Shown here piece after piece: positions 37,190 through 50,640 of a DNA stretch of 64,000 bases (position 1 is the stretch's first letter; the number at the start of each line of letters is the position of its first letter). Below the pieces are notes generated by a model. It saw only the letters and a program-made list of their open reading frames with translations. It made no database searches and was not told where the DNA came from. The translations under genes and the position numbers were made by a program. The stretch lies in the NCBI GenBank assembly GCA_026770705.1, contig JANJGN010000039.1, forward strand, positions 7,874,001-7,938,000. Reading direction: 5' to 3'. This DNA is from Isurus oxyrinchus (taxonomy: Eukaryota).

Positions 37190-40010
37190 CCATAAAACCA
37201 TAAGACATAAGAGTAGAAATTAGGCCATTAGGCCCGTCGAGTCTGCTCCACATTCAATCATGGCTGCTAAGTTTGTCAACACCATTCTCCCGGCTTCTCC
37301 CCGTAACCTTTGATCCCATTAACATTCAAGAACATATCTACTTCGTTCTTAAGTACACTCAATGACCTAGCCTCCACAGCCTTCTGTGGCAATGAATTCC
37401 ATAGATTCACCACTCTCTGGCTAAAGAATTTCCCGCTCATCTCTGTTCTAAACTGTCTTCAGTTTTCTCTGTTTCTGTGCCCTCGGGTCCTAGTCTCTTC
37501 TATTATCGGAAACACCCTCCCCACGTCCACACTAACCAGGCCTTTTAGTATTCTGTAACGTTCAATCAGATCCCCTCATCCTTCTAAACTCCATCGAGTA
37601 TAGACCCAGAGTCCTCAAACTTTCCTCATAAGTTAAGACTTTCATTCCTGGGATCGTTCTCGTGAACATCCTCTGGACCCTCTCTAGGGCCAGCACATCA
37701 TTCCTGAGATACGGGGCCCAAAATTGCTCAAAATATTCTAAATGTGGTTTGCCCAGAGCCTTATAAAGCCTCAGCAGCACATCCCTCGTTTTATATTCTA
37801 TACCTCTGGAAATATTTGCCACTATTGCATTTGCCTTCCTAACTACCGACTCAACATGCAAGTCAACCTTAAAAGATTCCTGGACATAGACTGCCAAGCC
37901 CCTTGCACTCCAGATTTCTGAATTCCCTCCACATATAGAAAATAGTCTATGCCTCTATTCTTCCTGGCAAAGTGCATGGCCTCACATGTTCGCACATTGT
38001 ATCTCTTCTGGCACTTCTTTGCATATTCTCCTAACCTGTCCAAAATCTTCTGCAGCCTCCATGCCTCCTCAATGCTACCTGTCTCCCCACCTATCTTTGT
38101 ATCATCTACAAACTTAGCCAGGATGCTCTCAGTTCCTTCATCGAGATCACTCATGTATAAAGTAAAAAGCTGTGGTCCTAACACTGACCCTGGCGGAACT
38201 CCACGAGTTACGGGCCTCATCCTGAGAAGGACCCCTTTGTTCCCAAACTCTGCCTCCTGCCAGACAGCTGATCTTCTATCCACGGTAGTACCTTGCCTCT
38301 AACACCATGGGCGCTTATCTTACTGAGCAGCCAGATGTGTGGCACCTTGTCAAAGGCCTTCTGGAAGTCCAAGTAGATAACATCAATTGGCTCTCTTTTG
38401 TCTAATCTACTCATTCTCTACTCAAAGAGTTCTAACAGATGTGTCATGCATCAACTCCCCTTCTTGAAACCATGCTGACTTTGCCCTATTTTACCAAGCA
38501 CTTTCAAGTATTCTGAAATCTCATCCTTATTAATGGACTCTAAAATCTTACCAAAGACCGAGGTCAGGCTAATCGGCCTGTAAGTAACCATCTTTTTCCT
38601 AACTCCCTTCTTAAACAGGGGGTTACATTAGCGATTTTCCAGTCATCTGGGACCCACCCTGACACCGGTAATTCCTGAAGGATAACAAATAACCACCCCC
38701 CCCCCCCCCCACTCTATCTTCAGCTATCTCCTTCAGAACTCTGGGGTGCAGTCCATCTGGTCCAGGTGACTTATGCAACGTTAGACCTTTCAGCTTTCCG
38801 TGCACCTGCTCCTTGGTAATGGCGACCATACTCATATCTGCCCTCCGACTTTCTCGAACCTTGGGATGTTACCCGTGCCTTCCAACGTGAGGATTGGCAC
38901 AAAGTACCTATTCAGTTCCTCTGCCATTTCTTTGTCCCCGACTGTTACTTCTCCAGCGTCATTTTCCAGTGGCCACTTTTGCCTCTCTCTTACCTTTTAT
39001 ATATCTAAAAATTACTCTTGCAATCTTTTTATATTACTGGTTAGTTTACCCTCATACTGAAACTTCTCCCTCCTTATTTCTTTTTCAGTTGTCCTCTGTT
39101 GGTCTTTGTAGACTTCCCAATCCCCTGGTATCTCACTCCTCTTTGCCCCTTTTTATGCTTTCTCTTTAGCTTTTATGCCACCCCTGACTTCTCTTGTCAC
39201 CCATGGTTGATTCGTCCACCCTTTTGCATGCTTCTTATTCCTAGGGAAGAATTTTTGCTGTGCCTCCCAATTTACTCCCAGAAACTGCTGCCATTGCTGC
39301 TCCACTGTCTTTCCTGCTAGGCCCATCTCCCAGTCAATTCTGGCCAGCTCCTCCCTCATGCCTCTGTAGTTGCCTTTATTCATCAGTAATACCGTTTCAC
39401 CTGTTTTCAGCTTTTTCCTCTCAAATTACAGGGTAAATTCTATCATAATCATGTCACTTCCTCCTTAGGATTCCTTCACCTTAAGTTCGCAGATCAAATC
39501 TGCCGCATTACACATCACTAAATCTAGAATTGCCTGTCCCCAAGTGGGCTCCACCACAAGCTGTTCCAAAAAAGTCATGTCGTAGACATTACACAAATTC
39601 CTTTTCTTGGGATTCACTACCAACCTGATTTTCCCAGTGTACCTGCGTATTGAAATCCCCATGATCACTTTAACCATTTGTTTCTGACACGCGTTTTCTA
39701 TATCATGGGGTATCTTGTGCCGCACATCCAGACTACTTTTTGGAGGCCTGTACATAACTGCCATTATGTTTATTTTTAATTTTGCGGTTCCTCAACTCTT
39801 CCAACACAGATTCTATATCATCTGACCCTATGGCTTTTCTAGCTATCGATTTCATTTCATTTCTTACAACAGAAGCATCCCCACCCCCTCTGTAAACCTG
39901 CTTATCTTTTTGATATGATGTATATCCTTGGATATTTAGCTCCCAGTCCTGATCCCCTTGCAGCCATGTCTCCGTGATGCCCACCACATCATACCTGCCA
40001 ATTTCAATCT
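37190..40010 (-). mobile_element. CR1 LINE, about 2.8 kb, 5'-truncated; APE endonuclease plus RT, frameshifted
   Basis: VGITETWL (EN), KSPGPDGLHPRVLKE, DVIYLDFQKAFDKVPH, GVPPGSVLGPQLFTLY..KFVDDTK and LYKALGKPHLEY, with a short tandem tail at about 37190-37212. Confidence 0.95.
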
Positions 40011-41239
40011 GTGGCCACTGTTGCTTCAGGCCATAGCACTTGTCCCCGTGGACTTCAAGTTCCCCCTACAAAACATTTTTCTTTGCTACATCAACGAACT
40101 TCCCTCCATCTTAGGTGGGGTCATTTACAGATGTTGACCCAGCGTTCAGGAACATTTACAGCATATATAACATACTTGTGCAGTCAGTGCTACATGTGTT
40201 GATGACTCCGAGGCAGGTAGGAAAGTAAATTGTTAAGATGACATAAGGAGCCGATAAAAGTAGCGACACAGGTTATGTTAATGGGATAGAACTGGAAAAT
40301 TGAATCTAATGTGGATAATGTGAAATTGTCCACAGTGGCAGGAAAACAACTTTTTGAAAAAGAAACATGTTATCTAAATGTTGAGAGATTGCTGAGCTCT
40401 CAGATGTGACATGCAGAGTTGCAGAAGCGCCTGAGTGTCCCAATGCAGATACCTGGCCAAAGTCTGGTTTTTCATCCTCCAGAAACTGATGATCATTAAA
40501 GAAAATTGTTTTCTATATCTGAATTTTCATCAAATACCGATCGCCTATCATCCCCATCCTCGTTGACCTGCATGGATTCTTGGTCTCAGATTTAAAATTC
40601 ACCTCCCTTTTGTCAAATCATAGTATAGCCTTTCCTGTCCCTATCTCTGGAAGACCGTCCAGCACAATAACGCTCTGAGGCATCTCCACACCTCTAATTG
40701 TAGGACAAACCAGGCTTCAATCTCTCCACCAATGGTGGTCGTGCATTTAGGTGCCTGGGATATTGGCTCTGTAACTACCTCCCTAAAACCCTCAGCCTCC
40801 AACGTGTTTTCTCCATTCACCCACTTCCATCCTGTTCCCTCCTTTAATTTCCCCCCTTCCTCTCCCAGGCTTCTCATCTCTCAACATTTGTCTTTCTGCA
40901 GTCCTGTCGCTGCTTTAGTTCACATCAGTGAAATGTATTTGCTGTATTTCCGACAGCAGGGACTACATTTTAAAAGAATGGCATTGTTTTTAGTGTTCTT
41001 GGCTCTTGACCTTGAGACACACATTATATTTCCTTGCGTAGAAAAACATAAAGGATAAACCGAAACACTGAATTAGGCCAGGCAACACACTGTGCATGTG
41101 ATTTAAATGTTCATTGGAGCCTTTCTGCTGCCCTGCACCACCTAACGAGACCAAAACCTTTCCATGACTGCTGACGTTTCTTCCAGCCTTATGACAACCA
41201 TTGCACATCAACAAAAGCTCTACAATCCCCGTAATTCCC

Positions 41240-41640
41240 GTTCCCCACCCACTGAAACTCCTTCCAGCCAATTGATCGCCCTTTCCTATGCACAGAAACT
41301 CTCTGCAGCCATCTCATCTAGTTTCCCCACTCAGTTAATCTCGTCCTAACATTCTAATCACCATTCCCCATCCACAGAAACACTTCCCATTCATGTGATC
41401 GCACTCCCCTACCCACTGAAACTCTTCCCAAAATATCTGACCCACCCGCTGGAATTATTTTCAGCCCTCGATCTCCCTTCACCGCCGACTGAAACTCTTA
41501 GCAGTCCTCTTATCGTCCTCTTCCCAAACCCCAAACCTGTTGAAACTCTTTGCATCCTTTTGACCCCCCTTAGGCACCCAGTTAAACTGTTTCCAGAACT
41601 CTGGTATCGCTTCTCCAACCACTGAAGTGACTCCCCAACA
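41240..41640. repeat. Degenerate C-rich minisatellite with a recurring CACTGAAACTC core (about 40-45 bp period)
   Basis: Core variants at about 41250, 41292, 41374, 41415, 41488, 41540, 41578 and 41620. Confidence 0.55.
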
Positions 41641-44579
41641 AAAGAATCACTTTTCCATTCTTCTGACTCACTCACCATACTCTGACCAAATTCAACATCC
41701 TGGAAACTATTTTATTTATGGCTAACGTGTTTCCACACTGTAATGGATTTCATGTTTCCTGACACGCTAATAAATTCTGCTTTGAAACAAAGCAAGTTCA
41801 TTTGTCTGCCCTGTGGCAACATGGATCAGTTGGTAGAGCCTCGGGTTTGAAAACTGAGGGCCAAGATTTCCTAAACCTGTCTGAATGCTGCTTCCGGCAA
41901 AACTCCGTAAAATCCCATGAAAACAGGCAAAGTGAGAAATTGCCAATCAATGATGCTGCTCCCTCAGTGGGAGTTAGGGACACTCTCCTTGAACCTGCAA
42001 AAATGTCCATTCTATCAACATTTCAGCAGCTACAATCGTTTTGGTCTTGAATAACAAGTGAGTGAAAGTGTGCTAGGATTGGCAGGGTGAGAACATGAGA
42101 GCACAATCATATCAACTGTGTTTTTATTAAATGAAGGAGCAGGCAAGTGGTCTGAATGGCCTACTATTGCACCAATTTACTAAGGCTTAGACACTTCCCC
42201 GTCCGCTCAGATGCTGAACCTCCCTTCGTGCCCCTTCCCCATCCTGGATGCAATTCCCAAATTCCTAGCTCCTTTCACCATCCACTTCAACACCCGGAGA
42301 GCCTTATCTGCACCCTAATGTTTTTGAGATATCTCGGTCCGTGAACGTTCCGAGTGTTGACACCCTGGGACACCTGTTTTATCCCGGTCCGCTTCTGTGT
42401 TTGTTATTCTGACGTTTCAGAGGTTCCTTACAGTGAACTCCACACCCCATTCCGTATAATTCCTACATCTTCGTCCAGCCTGATTAGTTCCTCAATCACC
42501 TTGTCATGAGACACCCTAATCTCAAAGTGAAACAAGCCACGGGCAAAAAGATTTGATTAATGTAATACGTTTTATTTCAGAGTGCAGCCCATTATCCACT
42601 CAGCAGTAATATTGGGTCAAAGGTCACTGATTTAAACAATGAAACAGAGCTTGTTTCCAATGAACGAAGATATCATTCATTAAGGTCTTGGAGCGCTCAA
42701 GCTGCCGGAATCTGGCATTGGATGTTACCATTTTGGTCTGTAGAAAACTATCTTGTTCCTTTCACGCACAGTGACACGGACGTTGCTTCCATAAATCCAA
42801 ATCCTATAACTTCCTCTGTCCACATGGCAGAACACCGGGAAACCTGTAAACCAAAATAAAGAGTGAACGGGCATCTATTTAATTAGAGCCCACACTTCCC
42901 TCCCTCCCCTGGATCTCTACACACATGCACTTTGCTTGAAAGTCATTCCAAGATTTTTTTCTCAGCGGGTACACGATTGCACTCAAAATCTGAGACCAGA
43001 TCGAGTCATTTCCTGTCATCGAATGGTCAAAAGAGTTGAACGGACCATGAATATTATTTTCCGAAGTGCAAAGACTGTTTTATGGAAAACACTGCAGCCA
43101 AACTCTCCATGTAAATGTTCATTCCACCAGCATCAACATATTTGATTAAAAGATTTCTGATTATATTCAACGACCGAGCAACCTGCTGCTTTCTGTGGAG
43201 AAAATTCCACAGATTCCCAACGCTTTTCAGTGAAGAAATTTGTTCACATCTTACTGATAAATGGCTGACCCTTGCCGCGATTTTCCAGGGTTTAGATTAT
43301 CCATTTACGTTCAATAATCAGCGACAGATGCATATCCGAGTTCAGGATTTGAAGTAGGTGAGGTGTTGAAGTGGGTCGCTGGCAGAGGTTAAAAGCAAAA
43401 GGAAGTTTTTTTTTACCAACAAAAAGACAAAAAAAGGTCAGATAAAGGAATAGATATATTTTATTTGCATCATATTCTCCTTTATTGTTACTTATACTGA
43501 CGACAGGCAATTGGCTTCCAATTTAGTTTCGCACTGTTTCATGCAAGCGTCCTCGTTCCTTGTTCCTGTTTGGGTGAACCAAAGCCACTGTGCATATCTA
43601 TATTTAAGCGTTTCAAAACTTGAACATTCTTCTGTTTATTGACTTTAATTATAATATGTAGAAAATCTTACTTTATAATATCAGACAGCATCTGACTCAT
43701 TGTTTCCCCCATTATTTAAAATGTGCGTATCTATTTGGAGTCTATTCTTTTTCTCCTTATAGTTGACATTTCTTTTCATCTGTTGACGCTTTCCAGATGT
43801 AAATACATTAGTCTCCAACAGCTGATTGTTAATACCGGTTGGGAATGGCAGAGTCTCAAGCAGTAAGCCCTCTGGCGCATCGTGCGTTCCAGCCTGACAA
43901 GTTGAAAATACCCCACCTGTTCCATCTCCCTGCTGCTTCCCTATTACCATTTCTCCATCAATAATATCCTGACTACTTCAACTCTGCTCTTGCCTGTTAA
44001 GATTTTCCGTGTCACTACACAGTCCAGACAGCTTCATGTCGAGAACGACAGGCTTTGATAGAATGAGGTAAAAAGAATGAAAAAGGTTAAAGGCTGAATC
44101 TCACTGCGGACATGTGGTCATAGGAACTTAATTGTAGGAGCTGCGAAGGCGACTTGTTCCTTGCAGCTTACTTTCCCATTCACATTCCACATGCCTGATC
44201 TTTTAAATTCGCTCCACCTGTAAAAAAAATCCCAACACCTTTAACCAATTTGTACCAAAAACATCTATGTTTTTTTTATTGTAAAGTCCGAGCATCAGCA
44301 GCTCTCTGCGGTTGAGAATGTCAAAGATTCTCTAACTTTTATTTGAAGAAATTGGAATGTATTTTGACCTAAATTGCTGTCAGTGTTTCTGCGCCTACAA
44401 GTTCTCAATTATCCAGCCAGCAGATGAATTAATGAAAGATCACATTTGGGAGTGATGGTCGGTTAGGCATGGAGGCAGATCTGAGGGGGACGTTAAGCAT
44501 AATCAGTCAAAATCCTCCTGATTAATTGCAAAATCATTTTGGAACTAATATCACTGTTGCCGTCTGGCACATCCAGAGA

Positions 44580-45780
44580 AGCTGATTTTAAAAAGTGGTT
44601 TGAAAGCTGATTTTCTTACGTTAAGTGTGGTTTGTGTGCGTGCTCCGCTACTAAAAAGTGTTTAACCAAGGGCTTAACTAAGAGGAGAGAAGCGCGGGAT
44701 TATTCCAGAGTTTATGAGATGCGTGAGAGGAGTCCGGAGTTGAAGAGATGTGCGAGAGCCGTGGTGTGTTGTAAAAGAGTTGGGAGAGCAGGAGCGACTA
44801 ATGGAGTTCAGTGACGAGGGAACGAGATCTTCCTGTGAGTACAGTAAGGCAACGATTTGCTACTTTAATCGCATATACTAATTGAAGTTTCATTTTGTGG
44901 CTCAACGTTTGTCAGGGTTTTATTCTGTAACAATGAGGAGCCTCAGATTAATTGATATTATGTGATGTTAAATATATTCCTAAAGTTTTCATTTAAATTA
45001 AATGGGTATGCCCAGCAGCAGGGCTCAAAGCCATGGTGTGTTCCTCCTGCTCTCTGTGGGAAGCCTGGAAAACTTCCAAAGCCCGGGTCCAGCATGTGTG
45101 CACAAAGTGTAGCCAGGTGCATATACTAGAAGCCCGGGTTTCGGAGCTGGAGTGGCGTATAGGGACACTGTGTTGCATCCATGAGGCGCAGAGTATCTTA
45201 GAAGGCACGTGGTTACACCACAGGCTTAGAGTCCTCAGACAGGAAGGGAAGGGGTAACAACCAGTCAGAGCAAGAAGACTAGACAGAGATTGTAGGAATC
45301 TCTTGTGGCGATTCCACTGCAAAACAGATATGCTGCTATGGAAACATTTGGAGGTAGGTGCCTCTCAGGGGAAAGCAGCAGCAGCCAAATTCGTTGCCCC
45401 ACGGTTGGTTTTGTTGCACAGGGGGTGAGTGGAAATTGTTGGGATACACTTGTAAAAGGTGATTCAATTGTAAGGGGAATAGATAGACCTTTATGCGGTT
45501 GCAAAAGAGGCTCTAGTATGCTATGTGGCCTCCCTGATGCTGGGGTGAAGGATGTCTCAGAGTGCCTAAAAGACATCCTGAAGGGAGAGGGTGAACATCC
45601 AATGGCAGTGGTACACGTTCTTACAAACGACATTGGTCTAAAAGGGGATTATCTTCTAAAAGCAGGATGCAGGGAGTTAGGCAGTACGTTAAAAAAGTAG
45701 GATCTCAAAGGATTGATCTCAAGATTATTACTTTTGTCACGTGATACCCAGAGCAGTAATCGCAGGACATGTCGGATGCT
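44580..45780 (+). mobile_element. CR1 LINE 5' end: 5'UTR plus ORF1 (Zn-finger/leucine zipper and SGNH esterase), disrupted
   Basis: CSSCSLWE...CTKC...LEARVSELE, IPLQNRY, GDSIVRG, LPDAGVKDV and VVHVLTNDI. Stop at 45255-57. ORF2 is absent. Confidence 0.9.
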
Positions 45781-47209
45781 TTCAAGAGAACATTTTAAGG
45801 TCTTATCATTCTCTCGTTATTTTTTCTGCCTTTTCTTTGCATCCAAGCAATATTATCCCCATTTTCTTTGTCTCTGCTCGTGCTAGCCATTGAATCCTAA
45901 ATACGAATAGGGCCGCTCATTTGTGTCACTTAAACAGTCACCTTCAAACTTACCCAGTTAGGAATAGTCGCCCGCATTTACAGGTCACTGCAGCACTGTC
46001 CATATCTGCCCTCATTGTGCGGTGCCAGGCCCGGTCGCCATAATATTCCATACCCGAGGCACGGCTCTGTCTGCCTTACTCTAACATCGAAGCACATGCA
46101 CCTTAATCCCTCCATCCTATCTCATTATTTAGGACAGTGATATTCTGTCTCTATTTCCCCTCACTACCTCTTCTGCCAAATTGCATTATTTTACATTGCA
46201 ACACATTAAATGGCATCTGCTAATCCCCTGCATATTCTGCTCATCTCTCCATGTCCGATTGCAAAGGATTCGTATCATCCTCACTGGAAAACTCCCACCA
46301 TGTCTGCATCACTAACACTTTTTGAGACGTTGTGCTGTAATCCTAGATTCAACTGATCTATGTTGACCAAAAATAAAACAAGCACTGATTCTTGGGGAAC
46401 GCCACTGGCTACCATCATCCAGACTGAATGAAAATGCTAACAAACGGTTTCTGTTTTCTGTGCATTACCGCAATTGATGCAATTGGAAAGCGACTCCTCC
46501 CCCTCCCACAACCAGCGCCTCTGTCTATTTTAATGAGCATAAGCAGCCTTATCTGCGATTAGCTGTCAATTAATATCTCAAAATCCACTTTGACATCTAT
46601 TAATTCATTAATTTTCTCTGTTGTGATATCAAAATACAAGTAGTTTGTACAAGCATATTCTTATTTTAAGGCATGGTGTTACAAACCAGTGACCATTCTT
46701 AATTCAATTCAACCGTCTCTAATTCCCGAATAGACTCTTGGCAGTCAGGGCAGGTTAAAGTATTCGTTTAATGCTGCAGTTGAACAGTGAGAGAAGAGAT
46801 TTAGAGAGAATGAGGAGCTGATCACGAACAGGTGATTTTTTTTTAAAGAGGAGTAGTTGAGTTGCCAGGGCAGAAAGGTAAAAGAGCGGGGTCTGAGGTG
46901 CCAGAGGAGAGATTTAAAAAGAGCTACAGCGAGATATTCAAAGCATGGATTAGAAAGTGGCTGCTCCCCCATAACAGATTTTAAAATAGTGGGAGCTAGA
47001 TAATCAAAACACAGAGAGGAAAGTAAAAGGCGCTCTTCTCCCAAAGCAGAGATTAATAAAAGTAAGGAAGCTAAATAGGTAGAGCATAGTTTTATAAGAA
47101 GCAGGAAGTATTGTCTAGGACATGATTTTGCTATAGTAGAAGAGAGCTGTCAGACTGGAGAAACAGGAAGCGCACTAGCTGTGCAGCCACAGAGACAATG
47201 ATAATTTAT

Positions 47210-48150
47210 TATTATTGATTAAGGGGGTTTTGGTGTCAATCACTCGCACAGCATTTATTGCCCAGACGTAGGTACCCTTGAGAATATAGTGGTCAGCTCC
47301 CTTCTTGAATCGCAGCAGGTAAGGGTACAACCATACTGCTCTTAGGGAAGGAGTTCCTGGAATTTGACCCAACTACAATGATGGAACAGGGATATCGTTT
47401 CAAACAGACTGGAGAGTAGCTTGGAGCGGAGCATCCAAATCGTTGTGCTCCCATGAATCTGCTGCCCATTATTCTTCTAGATGGTTTCGGTCGTCGGTTT
47501 GGACTGTAATGTCAAAGGTGACTTTGGAAATTCAGGCAGTGGCACCTTTCAGATAGTACACACTGCTGCTATTGTTCGTCGGTTGTGGAGGGAGTCAACG
47601 TTTATTGATGTGATGTCAATCTAAGACTGATTTATCCCAGATGTTGTCACGCTTCTAGGCTGCTTTGGAGCTGCACACACCCAAGCAAGTGGGGAGTATA
47701 TCATCACAATCCTATCATCTGGCTTGTAGATAGTGGAATGGAATTAGGGAGTCACCGCAGGATTCCTAGCCTCTGAACTGCAATTGTAGACGTTCTGTTT
47801 ATATGGCCAATCCAGTTCTGTTTCTGGTTAATGATAAACATTACAAAGCTGATAGTGCGAACTTCGGCGATGATAATGCCATTGAATGTTGGCGTTCGGT
47901 GGTTTGATTTTCTCTTTTGGAGATATTCATTGCCTGGTGTCAATGTCCTTTGCCACTCCTCAGCGAAAGTCTGAACATGCTGCATTTGGCCATGGACAAC
48001 CTCATGATTTCAGGAGTCACGTATTGTGTTCAGCATTGCGTAATCATCAGCGAACATTCCCAATTCCGACCTTAAGATGGTGAGAAGCTCATTGATGATG
48101 GAGCTAAACATCATTGAGCTTCGGACATTACCCTGAGGAACTGATGTTCC
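47210..48150 (-). mobile_element. LINE 3' fragment, paralogous to 34350-35320
   Basis: NWIGHINRTSTIAVQRLGILR. Identical flanking context GCTCAGCTC..GTCCTTTTAGTTCCT. Confidence 0.8.
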
Positions 48151-49786
48151 CTCAGGAACTAAAAGGACTGGGAGCTGAGCAGTGGAGATATATATTTAGA
48201 AAGTGCACGTGGCGAAAAGCCAGAGCTAACATTTAGAAAAGAGTGGGAGCTGAGCCGGCGGTGTGGGCATTTAGTAATTCAGGCCCTAAGCAGCCAGTGT
48301 GAAGATGTCAGAAACACTGTAGCTGCTCGAAAAGACGGATCACGTATGCTTTTCTCTAAGAGCAATTAAAGATTGGCAACAATTGTTTTTCTTCCCAACT
48401 ATGCCTCCCATGCCATGACCGAACCTGTCGTGCTTTTAATGTTCATTTATTCAAGGAAAGCGGTTGTAGTTTTCTATTTATTGCCACGTTAATTGGCAGT
48501 TGGTCTGGACAATCCTTTTACTGGGTGATTAGGGTGGTTAATTAGGAATCGTCAAGAAGATTTTGGATTAACATCATTGAAACGTGAATGACCCACATAA
48601 CAGGGAGAAGCCGGAGGAGTGGCTCCCGGCTGTATCTTCCTTAAGTGAGACAGTAAGGAAAGGAGGGGCCAAATGATCTGCTTCTGTGCTGTAGACTTTC
48701 TATGGTTGTATTCTACTAACGGCATTTAAGTTAAGTAAATGATAAGAATATTCGACGAGAAGAATTACATTATAATTTTTCTCATTCAATATGCGTAGGT
48801 ATACAGGAAAGGAAATTAATGGTAGGGCCATGTGTGATCAGACGTTTCTTGGCTGGGAATTCGTGCAGATACCTGGCTGAAGCGTCACTCGCTATATTGA
48901 TGAGTGGATATCAAGTCATACATATGAAAATATTCGAGAATTATGATACCAGCCATTTGGTGGCTGTGTGTGTGTGAAAAGACCGGATAACATGAAACAG
49001 AGAGTGTTGTGAATGAGCATGTGGGGAGGAAGTAACCTCATTAATCATGGAAAAAACAAGTATGAGCTATTTGCGCTTTCAAATGAATCGGAGGGAAATC
49101 GGATTTAAAAGTTCAGAATCCAATATATGGAGTCGTCTCTCAGTTAAACGGATCATGGTAATGAGTGATCAATTGCGCCACTGCCCGTCCTTTCCCAAAC
49201 CACGTGATGACCAGGCCTTCCTTGTTTTAATCATGTGAGGTAAATGGAAATCTGAGAAGCAGCTCATTGCGCAACTGTTTGATATTTGGAGGGTGCCAGA
49301 CTTCGTGAAACATGTTCTGAAAATTCCCCCTATGTACTAATTGCCCCAGAATAGACGTCGTAGGAAATTTGCCAAGTTTGTCTATGTTACATTTGTCGAG
49401 TTGTCATGATCCAGCTGCTGATGTTTGGGTCTTCTCTTGTTGATCAGAACCACTGTTCCAATGAACACAAGGCTGTCAAAACCTGGCGTCACAATTCATC
49501 CTTTCAAACTCTGCAACGCTAACAGGAGCTGTTCAGTATTATTATTCTTATTTATTACTATTATCACAACTTACAATTCACCATTGATTACTGTATACTG
49601 TGAAAAAGAGTTCATTATACTACAACAGAGCATTTTAAGTAGGATACCTTTTTTAGTAAGATAGTAAACGTTGTTACAAGTGTTATTCTAAAATGAATTA
49701 TTTCAGGGCACGATGTTTATGTCCGCCTGTAAAGGTCAATGGGTTATCCACTGTAATTTGCATAGTTTTGCGCTCAGTTTCACAAG

Positions 49787-50640
49787 TTACTGCATTCCGC
49801 TCTTCAGCTCCTCCCTAAACCTAGCCTGTGTCAGCACATAAATGAATGCATTTGTGCAGCAACTGAGGTCCCCTAGCATGAATCCAACTGACTTAAGCTC
49901 ATTTGCCTCAGAATGTGACGTGAGTGTTACATGCAGAGAGATAATATATATAACAGGAGTTGTCCAGAGCAATATATAGCTGCCAGTTATACTGAACAGT
50001 AAAATAATGGACTTTCTTCGGCTTTCAATTTCAGAGTCCTTGAGATGTTCTCCATTACTGCAACCGTGGAGACCTCTGCGAACTTTACTGGCTGCCAAAA
50101 TACGTCTCACCGTCAAAACATTTAGCAACAAGATTAGAATGAATGGAACACATGGGGTCAAGGTAAGGGTAAAAAATTCAAATGCGGCCCACTCAGCAGA
50201 AATGAAAAATGTATATTTTGGGACACAACCACGATTTACATTGTCCATTATATACACAGGTTCATATGCAATGTACCATGGAATGTTTATCAAAAATCTC
50301 AAAACACTCACCACGGTTATGACAGCTACCGCTGTTGTTTCGGTGCAATATTTTTTTCGCAGCTTCTTACAACATATCGCCACAAAATGATCGAAGGTGA
50401 ACACCACTGTTAACCACACAGAGGCTGATGTGACTACATAAATCAGTGTTACCGATAGATGGCACACTGTGCCCATGGTCAAGAATAAAATAGGAAAATA
50501 CATATCCAGCGTATTCTTCAGTATGACTTCAGCAAAAACAACCAGGAGATCTGACGCAGCAATGGCAATCATAAAGTGGGTAATACATTTGGAGAGGCCA
50601 CACTTTCTTCTGGAAAGGATCACAATCACAACAACATTAA
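49787..50640 (-). CDS. GPCR copy 2, main coding exon (TM1 end to helix 8)
   Basis: Open frame within ORF 49787..50680. The true start is the splice acceptor at 50641-42. Confidence 0.92.

Noticed and set aside
41815-41885. tRNA gene (GGATCAGTTGGTAGAGC A-box-like segment plus a stem-loop)
   Set aside because: No TTCGA T-loop/B box or acceptor stem. At best a degraded tRNA-derived SINE head.
44580-45780. Host SGNH esterase or zinc-finger gene
   Set aside because: Motif order matches CR1 ORF1, with an internal stop and no introns.
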